A DNA stretch of 64,000 bases from contig CAWDEM010000008.1 of the NCBI GenBank assembly GCA_963801355.1, positions 2,048,001-2,112,000 of the forward strand, given 5' to 3'. Below, one piece after another: positions 10,041 through 19,529 of this stretch (position 1 is the first letter of the stretch; each line of letters starts with the position of its first letter). The stretch comes from Ignavibacteriota bacterium. GTDB lineage: Bacteria > Bacteroidota > Ignavibacteria > UBA10030 > UBA6906. Made by a program: the position numbers and the translations under genes. The notes below the pieces were generated by a model that had not been told where the DNA came from, ran no database searches, and was given only the letters and a program-made list of their open reading frames with translations.

Positions 10041-11126
10041 CTATTTGAACAACCACTCCAGGAACTTCTCTAATCCTTTATTCCGCCCAGAGTTGCGGTC
10101 TTGATAACGATCCCACTCAAGGTATTTTTCCCGCAAGGCTATGCCCACGGGCCCTACGTAAATACCGCCGTGCGCGAACCCGTCGTAGACGCGAACCGAT
10201 ATAAGGTTTTCCTTGTCGGGCAGAAGCTTTTCGCTCGGAATCGTGTACGCTCTCCAGCGCTGGTACTCATCCCCCCCATAAGAGTATTCCTTTCCCGTCC
10301 TGCCAATTCGCTCCCCGTTGAGGAAGACCTCATCAATATCATCAATCTTCCCAAGGAACAGAATGAGGTGCTCCCCCCTGAGCTCGGGATTCAGCGTAAA
10401 TCGCACCCGGTACCAAGCGTAACCATTGTATTCCGGGTGTCCCTGGGTCTCCCAATAGGCCGGAACCCTGATTTTTTCCCAGTCCCCATCGTCATACTGG
10501 ACCGTTCTCCACGTCATGTTGTCCCCGATCTTGAACTTCCATGTCCCCGGCAATGGCTGCTCAATTTGGATCGGGCGGGCAAGTTCTCTGATTGCCGGTT
10601 GACCGCCAACTATACCCCCTCCGAGTTCCGAATCGTAGACCCGCACAGCGATTACATTTGGTTTGTCCGGGCGCAAGCAATCTGTGGGAAGCCAGTAAAA
10701 TCGGTTGTGATTGTACGCTGTCTCATAATTCGGAGGAAACTGCCCCCTGAAACCAATGAACTGGCCGTTGACGTAGACTTCATCGACATCATCGATGACC
10801 CCGAGATCCAGGTAGAGCTGTTTCCCCAGCCAATCCTTGGGAAGGTTCACCGTTTTCCTGTACCAGGCATAGCCGTCGTATCCCGGAAATCCCTGTTCTT
10901 CCCACTGTGCCGGGACCTTCACTGTCACCCAACCGTCATCCTTGAACTTCGGATCGGCCCACGACTTGTCATCACCGATCTCAAACCGCCATTCACCGCG
11001 CAAATCGATGAGGCGCTGGTATTGTTGCGCATGAGCCCCGCTGCCCGTCCCCAGGATCAGGATGAAGGCGGGCAGCAGGTGGCGGAGTGTGAATGCTTTC
11101 CGAAGCGGCGAATTCGTCATGGCCAT
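10041..11126 (-). CDS. Exported protein with two tandem beta-galactosidase jelly-roll (GH2 sugar-binding-like) domains
   Basis: Signal peptide; two repeats of W.F.IGD...W....VPA.WE.QG...Y.GYAWYR...LG.IDD.DEV..NG...RVYD...GGI..G; no TIM barrel. Start uncertain (11120/11126/11147). Confidence 0.8.
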   Translation of the reverse strand: MAMTNSPLRKAFTLRHLLPAFILILGTGSGAHAQQYQRLIDLRGEWRFEIGDDKSWADPKFKDDGWVTVKVPAQWEEQGFPGYDGYAWYRKTVNLPKDWLGKQLYLDLGVIDDVDEVYVNGQFIGFRGQFPPNYETAYNHNRFYWLPTDCLRPDKPNVIAVRVYDSELGGGIVGGQPAIRELARPIQIEQPLPGTWKFKIGDNMTWRTVQYDDGDWEKIRVPAYWETQGHPEYNGYAWYRVRFTLNPELRGEHLILFLGKIDDIDEVFLNGERIGRTGKEYSYGGDEYQRWRAYTIPSEKLLPDKENLISVRVYDGFAHGGIYVGPVGIALREKYLEWDRYQDRNSGRNKGLEKFLEWLFK

Positions 11127-11150
11127 TGGTCCTTGCTCAGGGCTCACGCA

Positions 11151-11585
11151 TTAGTGATCGGTGTTGGAGACCAGCGCCATCTGCAGGCGGGCCGCTACTG
11201 TGCTGAACAGATCTGTGCTATTGGCATACTGCCGGGCACCTTCTGCCTTGAAAAGCTCCGGGGAATCAAACACGAGGCTCGCGATATAGGCTTTGTACCG
11301 CACCGAAGGAGTCGTCCCCTCAGCGGCCAGCGTGCTGAGTTCTTGCTGCAAATCGGGGCACTGGAATTCCGGCACAAACAACTTCATTCTGATCAGGTGG
11401 CCGAGGGCTGATTCAATTACGCCTGCATTCCCGGACTTCAGGCATTCCGTGTAACGGCAGGCGACCTTCTGCAGATCCGTCTGCTGGTGTTTTTCGAGGC
11501 TGGAAAAGTACCCCGGCTGGGCTGAAGCGGTCATCACCGCCATGAGCACCATTGCCATCGTCGTCACCGCTACTCTCTGTTTCAT
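11151..11585 (-). CDS. Hypothetical exported helical protein (~144 aa)
   Basis: AAGGAG RBS, signal peptide MKQRVAV...ASA-Q; co-oriented 3 bp or more from the next gene. Confidence 0.75.
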   Translation of the reverse strand: MKQRVAVTTMAMVLMAVMTASAQPGYFSSLEKHQQTDLQKVACRYTECLKSGNAGVIESALGHLIRMKLFVPEFQCPDLQQELSTLAAEGTTPSVRYKAYIASLVFDSPELFKAEGARQYANSTDLFSTVAARLQMALVSNTDH

Positions 11586-11673
11586 GATTTGCTCCTTCTC
11601 GCCTTGTTGTGGGGGATTGTTCCTTGATCTGTACAAGGATACGCCCACAGGAGATCAAAGATGTCCACAGAGA

Positions 11674-11698
11674 GTAACCAATTGTCACAAATTGTCAC
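11674..11698. promoter_or_regulatory. OmpR/PhoB-type direct-repeat box
   Basis: AATTGTCAC at 11680 and 11690, plus GTAAC at 11674, giving a 10-bp period; located between the response regulator and the exported-protein genes. Confidence 0.6.
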
Positions 11699-11712
11699 CG
11701 CGATAGGCGGGC

Positions 11713-12393
11713 TTAAACCACCAACTTGTATCCTGCGCCGTGAATCGTCAAAATGGCGCGTGGATGAGCAGGGTCCGATTCCACCTTCTGCCGCAACCTG
11801 AGGATAAAATTGTCCACCGTGCGTGTGCTGATGGATTCGTCATAGCCCCAAACGCCGCTGAGCAACTGGTCGCGTGTGACGGTATGATTGCGATGCTCGT
11901 AGAGAAATTTCAGGATGTCGATTTCCTTGGGTGTCATCGGCACCGCGACGCCGTCACGCTCTGCGGTGTAGGCTGAGAAATCCACATCCGTCCCACCGAT
12001 CGTCACTCGCTTCTCGAGGGATGAGGTCCCTTCCGAGCGCCGCAGGACGGCTTTCACGCGCGCAAGAAGCTCGCGCAAGCTGAAAGGTTTCGTGATGTAA
12101 TCGTCGGCACCGAGCTCGAGGCCCAGCACCTTATCCACTTCTTCACCTTTCGCAGTAAGCATGATGATCGGTGTGCGGACGCCTTTTGCGCGCGCCTCAC
12201 GGAGCACGTCATAGCCGGACTTCTTGGGAAGCATCACGTCGAGAATGGTCAGATCCCACGATTGATCCAGGAGGGCCCGCAAGCCTTCGTTTCCATCGCC
12301 CGCAACGGTAACTTCATACCCGTCGATTTCCAGGTTGTCCCGCAGGCCGATCTGCATTGCGGGTTCGTCCTCGATAATCAGAATTCGTGCCAT
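11713..12393 (-). CDS. OmpR/PhoB family response regulator
   Basis: REC domain (IIEDE, LDVMLP, GADDYITKPF) and winged-helix domain (TRTVDNFILRLRQK, GAGYK). Confidence 0.96.
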   Translation of the reverse strand: MARILIIEDEPAMQIGLRDNLEIDGYEVTVAGDGNEGLRALLDQSWDLTILDVMLPKKSGYDVLREARAKGVRTPIIMLTAKGEEVDKVLGLELGADDYITKPFSLRELLARVKAVLRRSEGTSSLEKRVTIGGTDVDFSAYTAERDGVAVPMTPKEIDILKFLYEHRNHTVTRDQLLSGVWGYDESISTRTVDNFILRLRQKVESDPAHPRAILTIHGAGYKLVV

Positions 12394-12419
12394 GGTCTTC
12401 CGCCTGTCGCTCGCTGTCG

Positions 12420-14000
12420 TTAGACTGTCAGGGGCGGGAACAAGAGCCGCATGGTGGTCCCACTGTCAGGGATGCTCTCGAGCTCGATACGGCCGCCGTG
12501 CGCATCCATAATGTGTTTGACCAGCGATAATCCGAGGCCGCTCCCTTTCGTATCGTGTACGTATCCGCTCGGTACGCGGAAGAACGCTTCAAACACCTTC
12601 GTGTGGTATTGAGGGGCGATGCCGATGCCGTGGTCTTCCACTTCGACAAACACGGCTTGAGCCGATCGTGCGGCCTTCACGCGGATGAATTTCTCCGACC
12701 CGCTGTATTTCACGGCATTGTCCAGAAGATTGATGACCGCTTCGGCCACTGCCTCCCGGTCAAGGCGGGCACGAAGCTCATCCTCGGGCAATTCCACGAG
12801 GGGGGAATACCCGGCATGCTGCAGATGAGGAGCGTACGTGTTCACGACGTCGCGCACAACGTCGCGCAGGGAACAGGGCACAGGCTGGTACGGTTTGCGT
12901 CCGGCTTCCATGCGCGAGAAGTTGAGCAGGTTGTTGACCAGGTGGGTCAGCCGTTCGGTCTCACGGAGAATGGTGGCATAGTATTCCTGTTTCTTGTGCT
13001 CATCCTTGAGACGCCCCATCTCGAGTGTTTCCGCAAACATCCGGATCAGCGCTAGAGGAGTGCGCAATTCATGGGAGACATTCGAAACAAATGTCGATTT
13101 CGCCCGCGCAAGCTCCATCTGTCCGCGGACGTTGCGGTACACCAGTCCCACGCCCGCAAAGAGCAGGAGATTGAGGATGCCCACGAGCACGATGTTGCGG
13201 ACGAGGCGGCCATGGACGACTTCGTCGAGCGTGGCGCCGCGCGATCCTATGACGACTTCATGATCCGGGAACAACCAGAGGGCGCGCCGTTGCACGATTT
13301 CGTTCTGAGTTATCGGCCCGCTGGACGCGACAGCCGTCTGTTCCCCCTTCCGGAACACCGCGAGGGCGAACTCCTCCCCTGCGGCATCTTGAAGACGTCC
13401 CGCCAGAACAGTGGTGATAAATTCGTCCTCACGGAACAGCAGCCCGGAAAACTGCGGCAATGCCGTGCCGGAATCATTCGCGAACACCAGCGCGATTCGC
13501 TGCGCGGAGCCCGTCGCGCCTCGCAGGATGATGGGCTCGAGTTTGCGGTATTCGAGCGACCGGTAACGGACCAGCTGTTGCAGCGGCTCGCTCCGGGACC
13601 GGAACTGCGCCGCCACCGCGTCCTCCTGCCCCCGGGTCACCGCGGCCCCGGTGCGTACCGTCAACCTGAGATTCTTTCCCGCACTGTCTGCAGTCATCAC
13701 CGATTCGACGACCGGCGTTCTGCGCAGGAACGCCTGTACGCGTTCGTCCATGGAGGATCCCGGTTCCAGCATCTGCGTCTGGAGCATGGCCGCCCAATGG
13801 GCACTGACATCCCACGCATATTGGTTCAAGGAGTACAACACGACGTCAAGTTCCCGGCGATACAGATCACGCATGACCTGTTCACTCGATGAGTATGTGC
13901 CGATCTGGTACGCCGAAAGGAAGAGCACGGGAAGGAGTACCAGCAGCACAATCAAAAGCATCAGGCGCCGTGTTGCGCCCGGGGCACGGGGTGTGGCCAT
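12420..14000 (-). CDS. Membrane sensor histidine kinase
   Basis: Two TM segments around a periplasmic domain; SHELRTPL, NLLDNAVKYS, DHGIGI, GSGLGL. Confidence 0.95.
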   Translation of the reverse strand: MATPRAPGATRRLMLLIVLLVLLPVLFLSAYQIGTYSSSEQVMRDLYRRELDVVLYSLNQYAWDVSAHWAAMLQTQMLEPGSSMDERVQAFLRRTPVVESVMTADSAGKNLRLTVRTGAAVTRGQEDAVAAQFRSRSEPLQQLVRYRSLEYRKLEPIILRGATGSAQRIALVFANDSGTALPQFSGLLFREDEFITTVLAGRLQDAAGEEFALAVFRKGEQTAVASSGPITQNEIVQRRALWLFPDHEVVIGSRGATLDEVVHGRLVRNIVLVGILNLLLFAGVGLVYRNVRGQMELARAKSTFVSNVSHELRTPLALIRMFAETLEMGRLKDEHKKQEYYATILRETERLTHLVNNLLNFSRMEAGRKPYQPVPCSLRDVVRDVVNTYAPHLQHAGYSPLVELPEDELRARLDREAVAEAVINLLDNAVKYSGSEKFIRVKAARSAQAVFVEVEDHGIGIAPQYHTKVFEAFFRVPSGYVHDTKGSGLGLSLVKHIMDAHGGRIELESIPDSGTTMRLLFPPLTV

Positions 14001-14029
14001 CGGAACGGGAACCGGGTTATGGAGATGGT

Positions 14030-14058
14030 AATGTACGTGGCAACAGTCTGAGATACAA
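14030..14058 (-). promoter_or_regulatory. sigma70 promoter TTGTAT-17-TACATT for the two-component operon
   Basis: -35 at 14058-14053, -10 at 14035-14030. Confidence 0.5.
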
Positions 14059-14174
14059 CCGGGAACATGTCAGCCTCCCCTTCGGTCAGCCTCCCCTTCC
14101 GCCCCCGGACGAAAGAGTCCTTTCCTTTGGAATTTTTCCGTATATTTTCCGATATCCTCCCAAGGAAACCCGTC

Positions 14175-16994
14175 ATGCTCCCCGCTTCATACCGGAAATT
14201 CCTACGCCGCATTGCTGGAACCATCCCTCACAGCCGGATAATCACCGACCCTCTCCGCACACTTGTCTACGGCACGGATGCGAGTTTCTACAGGCTGATT
14301 CCCCGGGTCGTCCTCAAAGTGCAGACCGAGGAGGAGGTCATCGCCGTTCTCGGACACGCGCGCACACTCTTGCTGCCCGTGACGTTCCGGTGCGCCGGGA
14401 CCAGCCTTTCCGGACAAGCGGTGTCCGATTCGATCCTCGTCCTCCTGGGCAAGGGATGGACGCGCTGGTCCATCAGCCCGGACGCTTCGCACATCCGGTT
14501 GCAGCCGGGTGTTGTCGGTGCCCACGCAAACATGTTTCTCGCACCTCACGGCCGGAAGATCGGACCCGACCCCGCCTCCATCAATGCCGCCATGATCGGC
14601 GGAATTGCGGCGAACAATGCCAGCGGCATGTGCTGTGGAACGGCGCAGAACAGTTACCGGACGCTTGCTGCCATGCGGATCATTTTCGCGGACGGGTCAC
14701 TGCTCGACACCGGGGATCCGGAGAGCCGCCGCCAATTTGAAGAATCGCATTCAGCGTTGCTCGCAGCGGTCTCCGGCCTTGCTACGGCAGTGCGTGCCAA
14801 CCCACGCCTCGGCGACCGCATACGCACCAAGTTCAAGATGAAGAACACCACGGGATACAGCCTGAACGCGCTCGTGGATTTTGAAGATCCGATCGACATC
14901 ATTCAACACCTCATGATCGGATCAGAGGGAACGCTGGGCTTCATTGCCGAGATCACGTATGCCACCGTCCCCGAATACCCGCACAAAGCCAGCGCACTGA
15001 TGCTCTTTCCGGATATCGTCGCCGCCTGTTCTGCAGTTGCGGTGCTGAAGAGCGCGCCGGTAGAGGCCGTGGAGCTGATGGACCGTGCATCTCTTCGCTC
15101 CGTCGAGGACAAAGCAGGCATGCCCCGGTACCTCAAGGAGCTTGGCGCCGATGTCGCCGCCCTGCTTGTCGAAACGCGGGCTCCCTCCGCTGCACAGCTG
15201 GCCGGCAACATCTCCGCCATTACCGCCGCGCTCGGAGGCAGAACAACCGTCAGACCTCTCTCGTTCACCGACGCGGTGGAGGAATATTCCGTCCTCTGGA
15301 ACATCCGCAAAGGACTGTTTCCTTCGGTGGGAGCCATGCGGGAGTCGGGCACGACGGTGATCATTGAAGATGTGGCCTTCCCCGTGCCCCGGCTCGCGGA
15401 GGCAGCGCTTGACCTGCAGAGGATCTTCCGGAAGCACCGGTACGATGAAACGATCATTTTCGGACATGCCCTCGAAGGCAACCTGCACTTTGTGTTCACG
15501 CAGGAATTCTCCACGGAGGCCGAGGTGAACCGGTATCGCGCCTTCATGGACGACGTGACTTCGCTCGTGGTCAACAAATACGACGGCTCGCTCAAGGCGG
15601 AGCATGGCACAGGGCGCAACATGGCACCGTTTGTGGAGTTTGAATGGGGTCACGAAGCCTTTCTCCTGATGCAGGAAATCAAGAAGATCTTTGACCCCTT
15701 GCAGCTGCTGAATCCGGGCATTATTCTGAACGGCGACCGGCAGGCGCACATCAGGAACCTCAAACCGATGCCGGTGGCCCATCCGCTCATCGACAAATGC
15801 ATCGAATGCGGTTTCTGTGAGGTGCAATGCCCGTCGCATGACCTCACCCTCACGCCAAGGCAGCGGATTGTCGCAGTCCGCGAGATGGCGCGCCTGCGCG
15901 AGACCGAAGACGATCCCGCCCGGCTTGCCTTCTTCCGCAAGAAGTTCCGCTATGAAGGTGACGAGACATGCGCCACGGACGGCCTCTGCGCACTCAGCTG
16001 TCCCGTGAGTATTGACACCGGAAAACTGGTGAAGGAACTGCGCCACCTGGGGACGAGTCCGACGGCGAACAGCGTTGCGGCGTTGCTTTCGGAGAACATG
16101 GATGGCGTCACAGCATGGATGCGGGGCGGTCTTGAGGCGGTGCACGTTGCGCATAAGGTGCTGGGGACTTCACTTATGCGCGGGCTCTCAAAGGGTTTGC
16201 GTGCACTTTCCGGCGGTGCGATCCCCCTCTGGAACGAATTCATGCCCCGTGGCGCCGATGCCGTGCCGCACAGCGGACGCAGCCAGGAAACCCGGCCAAC
16301 GGTAGTCTACTTTCCGACCTGCATCAACCGCGCCATGGGTGTCGCAGACGGCGATGCCGATCAGCGCTCTCTTGTCACAGTGATCCACCTCCTTCTCGAA
16401 CGCGCGGGCTTTACAGTAGTCTATCCAGAGAATTTGTCGAACCTCTGCTGCGGGATGGCATTCGCAAGTAAAGGATACAAAGAACAGGGCGATCGGAAAG
16501 CACTGGAACTGGAAGAGGCATTGCTGAAAGCCTCGGAGAACGGCAGGTTCCCCGTGCTCGTCGACATGAGTCCGTGCCTCTTCCGGATGAAGGAGACCTT
16601 TGCTCCGGGCCTTTTCCTCTACGAACCCGTGAAATTTGTGCTTGAGCACATTGTGCCGCGCCTTACACTCAAGCGAGTGCCCGAAACAGTGGCCATCCAC
16701 ACAACATGCAGCGCGGAGAAAATGGGGCTCGCGGGCGATTTCAAGACGCTGGCCGGGATGTGTGCGGAGAAGGTTGTGGTACCGCACGGCGTAGGGTGCT
16801 GCGGCTGGGCGGGAGACCGGGGATTCACTTACCCGGAATTGAATGCCTCAGCACTCGCTTCCCTTCGAGGGTCTCTCCCGGCAGAGTGCACAGCGGGATA
16901 TTCGACCAGCCGCACGTGTGAGATCGGTTTGTCGCTCCACAGCGGTAAGCACTATCAATCGATCCTCTACATCGTTGAGAGGGCTACGCGGTGA
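14175..16994 (+). CDS. FAD- and Fe-S-binding oxidoreductase (Fe-S D-lactate dehydrogenase / D-2-hydroxyacid dehydrogenase type)
   Basis: AGTSLSGQ FAD domain, GSEGTLGF, EHGTGRNM, 4Fe-4S motifs CIECGFCEVQCP and CATDGLCALSCP, two CCG domains. Start 14175 follows AAGGA. Confidence 0.88.
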   Translation: MLPASYRKFLRRIAGTIPHSRIITDPLRTLVYGTDASFYRLIPRVVLKVQTEEEVIAVLGHARTLLLPVTFRCAGTSLSGQAVSDSILVLLGKGWTRWSISPDASHIRLQPGVVGAHANMFLAPHGRKIGPDPASINAAMIGGIAANNASGMCCGTAQNSYRTLAAMRIIFADGSLLDTGDPESRRQFEESHSALLAAVSGLATAVRANPRLGDRIRTKFKMKNTTGYSLNALVDFEDPIDIIQHLMIGSEGTLGFIAEITYATVPEYPHKASALMLFPDIVAACSAVAVLKSAPVEAVELMDRASLRSVEDKAGMPRYLKELGADVAALLVETRAPSAAQLAGNISAITAALGGRTTVRPLSFTDAVEEYSVLWNIRKGLFPSVGAMRESGTTVIIEDVAFPVPRLAEAALDLQRIFRKHRYDETIIFGHALEGNLHFVFTQEFSTEAEVNRYRAFMDDVTSLVVNKYDGSLKAEHGTGRNMAPFVEFEWGHEAFLLMQEIKKIFDPLQLLNPGIILNGDRQAHIRNLKPMPVAHPLIDKCIECGFCEVQCPSHDLTLTPRQRIVAVREMARLRETEDDPARLAFFRKKFRYEGDETCATDGLCALSCPVSIDTGKLVKELRHLGTSPTANSVAALLSENMDGVTAWMRGGLEAVHVAHKVLGTSLMRGLSKGLRALSGGAIPLWNEFMPRGADAVPHSGRSQETRPTVVYFPTCINRAMGVADGDADQRSLVTVIHLLLERAGFTVVYPENLSNLCCGMAFASKGYKEQGDRKALELEEALLKASENGRFPVLVDMSPCLFRMKETFAPGLFLYEPVKFVLEHIVPRLTLKRVPETVAIHTTCSAEKMGLAGDFKTLAGMCAEKVVVPHGVGCCGWAGDRGFTYPELNASALASLRGSLPAECTAGYSTSRTCEIGLSLHSGKHYQSILYIVERATR

Positions 16995-17019
16995 AAAGCT
17001 ACGCGCTGACATCTTCAGC

Positions 17020-17048
17020 TTGACAAACTCATCCATATTGACTACTAT
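17020..17048 (+). promoter_or_regulatory. sigma70 promoter TTGACA-17-TACTAT
   Basis: -35 at 17020-17025, -10 at 17043-17048, upstream of the T9SS cargo gene. Confidence 0.7.
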
Positions 17049-17188
17049 TGCTCCATCCGCAGTGGTGCGCACACTGCCTCACCCGCCCGTTCATCGCGCA
17101 CCTCGTTCCTCCTGATTTGCCGCGTTCCCGCATTTCGGACCCCCGCGCCCTGACATACCATTCACTATTCATCAAAGGGAGCGGAGAC

Positions 17189-18670
17189 ATGAAAAAGCAA
17201 CTCTACACGGCAATCATACTCGCCGCTGTCGCACTCACACCCGGCAACGTGCGGGCACAACCATGGCACTATAATTTCGGATCGTCGACGGGCATTTTTG
17301 CGACTCCTTCCGGCAGCGATTCAACCGTATTTCTGCCCCCCGCCGAACCGGATGGCGGAAAACCACGGGTGAGAATCGGCACAACAGGCGGCAGCTTCAA
17401 TCTGGAAGATCAGCTCATAGCGTTCGGATCCAACTCGTATTTTCGTGGAGTGGCGCCGACCAGCACATCCGTCAACAAGTTCTCGATCTACAACTACGCC
17501 GCCGGCCAGGCGTTTACTCTGCGATTCCGGCTACGCCTGGGGGCATCCGACGGTTCCGCATCAGCCTCATCGGGGACCTGGTCCTTGTTCATCGGCGATG
17601 GTCCGAACTACAGCGATAACAGCAGCTTCTCCGGCAGTCAGGTGTTCACCGGTCTACGATGGCAATTCGGCACCGAGGGAGCAATCACCATGCAGTATCG
17701 CAACGCGGGGGCATGGTCCACTGCCGGACTAACTGGAGCTTCTATCGTCCAGGGTCAGAACTTCGTGGTCGAGGTCTACGGCAACAACGGGATGGCGGCG
17801 CTACCTTATAGTCTCGAAGGTGGACAGGCTGTTGCCCCGCAGTCGTTCGATCTCTGGATCGACGGCGTGCTCGTCGGGGACGATCTTCCAAAGGGGTTGC
17901 TCGCTGACGCCTCGACAATCGACTCCTGGATGTTCTACGGTGAATCAAGCACGGGAAATGTCGCAAATATTTTTCTCGATGATATCGTGTACACAAACGG
18001 AATTGCCGAGACGCGCTTGCCTGTCAGTCTTGCGTCGTTATTCGCCTGTGCCGTTGACGCCAACACGGTCACGCTTTCATGGCGCACGCTTTCGGAGGTG
18101 GCGAATTACGGTTTCGAAGTGGAAAAATCAACCGACGGGATATTTTTCGCGGTCATTCCCGGGAGCTTCATTCCCGGGCACGGCACGACCAACACCCCAT
18201 TCGACTACGCCTTCACCGATCACCAGGCGGAGCCGGGAGTTCGGTTCTACCGACTGCGCCAGCTGGACCTCGACGGCACAGTCCACATAAGCGATCCCGT
18301 GAGAGTAGAGGTTCTGACAGGCACTCCTGAAGCCGCGTCCGGAGGCTTCATGCTCGGCCAGAATTACCCTAATCCTTTCAATCCGAGCACGACGATAGGT
18401 TACAGCCTGCCGGCTGCAGGCAATGGGCACGAGGCTACGGGCAATAGGCACGAGGCGACAGGCACGTGGCGGGTACGGGTCGGCGTGTACGACATCCTGG
18501 GCCGGGAGGTGGCAGTACTGGTCAATGGAACAATATCGCCGGGCACACACGCGGTGAGCTTCAATGCGTCAGGTCTCGCGGGGGGTGTCTATTTCTATCG
18601 TCTGACGACAATGAGCGTGAATGGAGGCGCTGCACATTCCGATGTGAAACGGATGGTGTTGTCGAAGTAA
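17189..18670 (+). CDS. T9SS type A sorting-domain protein with an unknown beta-rich N-terminal domain
   Basis: GGAG RBS, signal peptide, LPVSL...LSWRTLSEVANYGFEVEKS Ig-like module, C-terminal QNYPNPFNPST...YDILGREV...GVYFYRL...KRMVLSK. Confidence 0.85.
   Translation: MKKQLYTAIILAAVALTPGNVRAQPWHYNFGSSTGIFATPSGSDSTVFLPPAEPDGGKPRVRIGTTGGSFNLEDQLIAFGSNSYFRGVAPTSTSVNKFSIYNYAAGQAFTLRFRLRLGASDGSASASSGTWSLFIGDGPNYSDNSSFSGSQVFTGLRWQFGTEGAITMQYRNAGAWSTAGLTGASIVQGQNFVVEVYGNNGMAALPYSLEGGQAVAPQSFDLWIDGVLVGDDLPKGLLADASTIDSWMFYGESSTGNVANIFLDDIVYTNGIAETRLPVSLASLFACAVDANTVTLSWRTLSEVANYGFEVEKSTDGIFFAVIPGSFIPGHGTTNTPFDYAFTDHQAEPGVRFYRLRQLDLDGTVHISDPVRVEVLTGTPEAASGGFMLGQNYPNPFNPSTTIGYSLPAAGNGHEATGNRHEATGTWRVRVGVYDILGREVAVLVNGTISPGTHAVSFNASGLAGGVYFYRLTTMSVNGGAAHSDVKRMVLSK
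18412..18474 (+). repeat. Nine tandem GGCnnnn heptamers inside the CTD-coding region
   Basis: ggctgca ggcaatg ggcacga ggctacg ggcaata ggcacga ggcgaca ggcacgt ggcgggt (63 bp, frame preserved). Confidence 0.8.
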
Positions 18671-18684
18671 GGCTTCGAACGGCA

Positions 18685-18720
18685 ACCGCCCCATGAGGTT
18701 TCCGCATCTCACGGGGCGGT
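18685..18720. terminator. Hairpin between convergent genes
   Basis: ACCGCCCCATGAG / CTCACGGGGCGGT, 13-bp stem with one mismatch; no clear U tract. Confidence 0.55.
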
Positions 18721-18752
18721 CGAATGAAGAGCGTACAGACGCCGCCGGCAAT

Positions 18753-19529
18753 CTATGCCAGGAATTCCAGTACCACACGTCGGAACTCATCCGGAGCATC
18801 CGCATGAACCCAGTGTCCGGCCGTAGGAATCCCGAAAAACTCCGCGTTGGGGAAAAGCTCCAGAATTGCTGGATGGTCAGCCTCAGTGAGAAAGTCCGAT
18901 CGCCCCCCCGAAACAAAGAGTGCCGGACCTGGGAACCGGCCACCGGATGTCAGGGGACCGATCAACGCACCATAGTTGCGGGTAATGGAATCGAGATCCA
19001 TTTTCCACGTGTAGCTCCCATCTTCCTGCCGTTTCAGATTGGTCGCCAGGAATTGGCGTACCGTTGGATCTACGATCGCCGGCGCGATGGTGGTATCCAC
19101 ATCTTCGCGCGACCGGACAGTGGTGAGGTCAACGCTCCACAGAGCATCAAGAATAGCGTCATGGCGGGGAGGATCACCCTGCGGGCGGATGTCCACCACG
19201 ATGAGCTTCCGCACTTCATGAGGATAGCTCAACGCGAATTGCATCGCTGTTTTCCCGCCCATCGAGTGACCGAGGAGATGGACGGGCGCGAGATGATGCC
19301 TGCCGATGAATTCCCGGAGATCATCGGCCATGACCGTATAGTTCATTGATGCGGCGTGCGGTGACGCGCCATGGTTCCGCTGGTCAACCGTGAACACCTG
19401 GAAGTGCTTCCCGAGGAATGCCGCATGGGAATGCCAATTGTTGAGGGAGCCGAAGAGTCCATGAAGGATCACCAGAGGGGAACCGGCACCATAGGTGCGA
19501 TAGTGCAGCTCGAGCGGTTCCAACGTCAC
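18753..19529 (-). CDS. Alpha/beta hydrolase (YbfF-like esterase)
   Basis: LHGLFGS, DQRNHG, GHSMGG nucleophile elbow, AGHWVHAD; GTG start overlaps the upstream TGA. Confidence 0.9.
   Translation of the reverse strand: MTLEPLELHYRTYGAGSPLVILHGLFGSLNNWHSHAAFLGKHFQVFTVDQRNHGASPHAASMNYTVMADDLREFIGRHHLAPVHLLGHSMGGKTAMQFALSYPHEVRKLIVVDIRPQGDPPRHDAILDALWSVDLTTVRSREDVDTTIAPAIVDPTVRQFLATNLKRQEDGSYTWKMDLDSITRNYGALIGPLTSGGRFPGPALFVSGGRSDFLTEADHPAILELFPNAEFFGIPTAGHWVHADAPDEFRRVVLEFLA

Noticed and set aside
14131-14160. TTTTCCG direct repeat upstream of the D-lactate dehydrogenase-like gene
   Set aside because: Short and low-complexity, and I could not pair it with a convincing -35/-10.
16983-17009. GCTACGCG(G/C)TGA duplication at a gene end as a possible att or target-site duplication
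   Set aside because: The copies are adjacent with nothing inserted, and no integrase or transposase is present.
18412-18474. Repeat tracts (also 26461 and 33784) as a CRISPR array
   Set aside because: Units are 7-15 bp with no spacers, and there are no cas genes.
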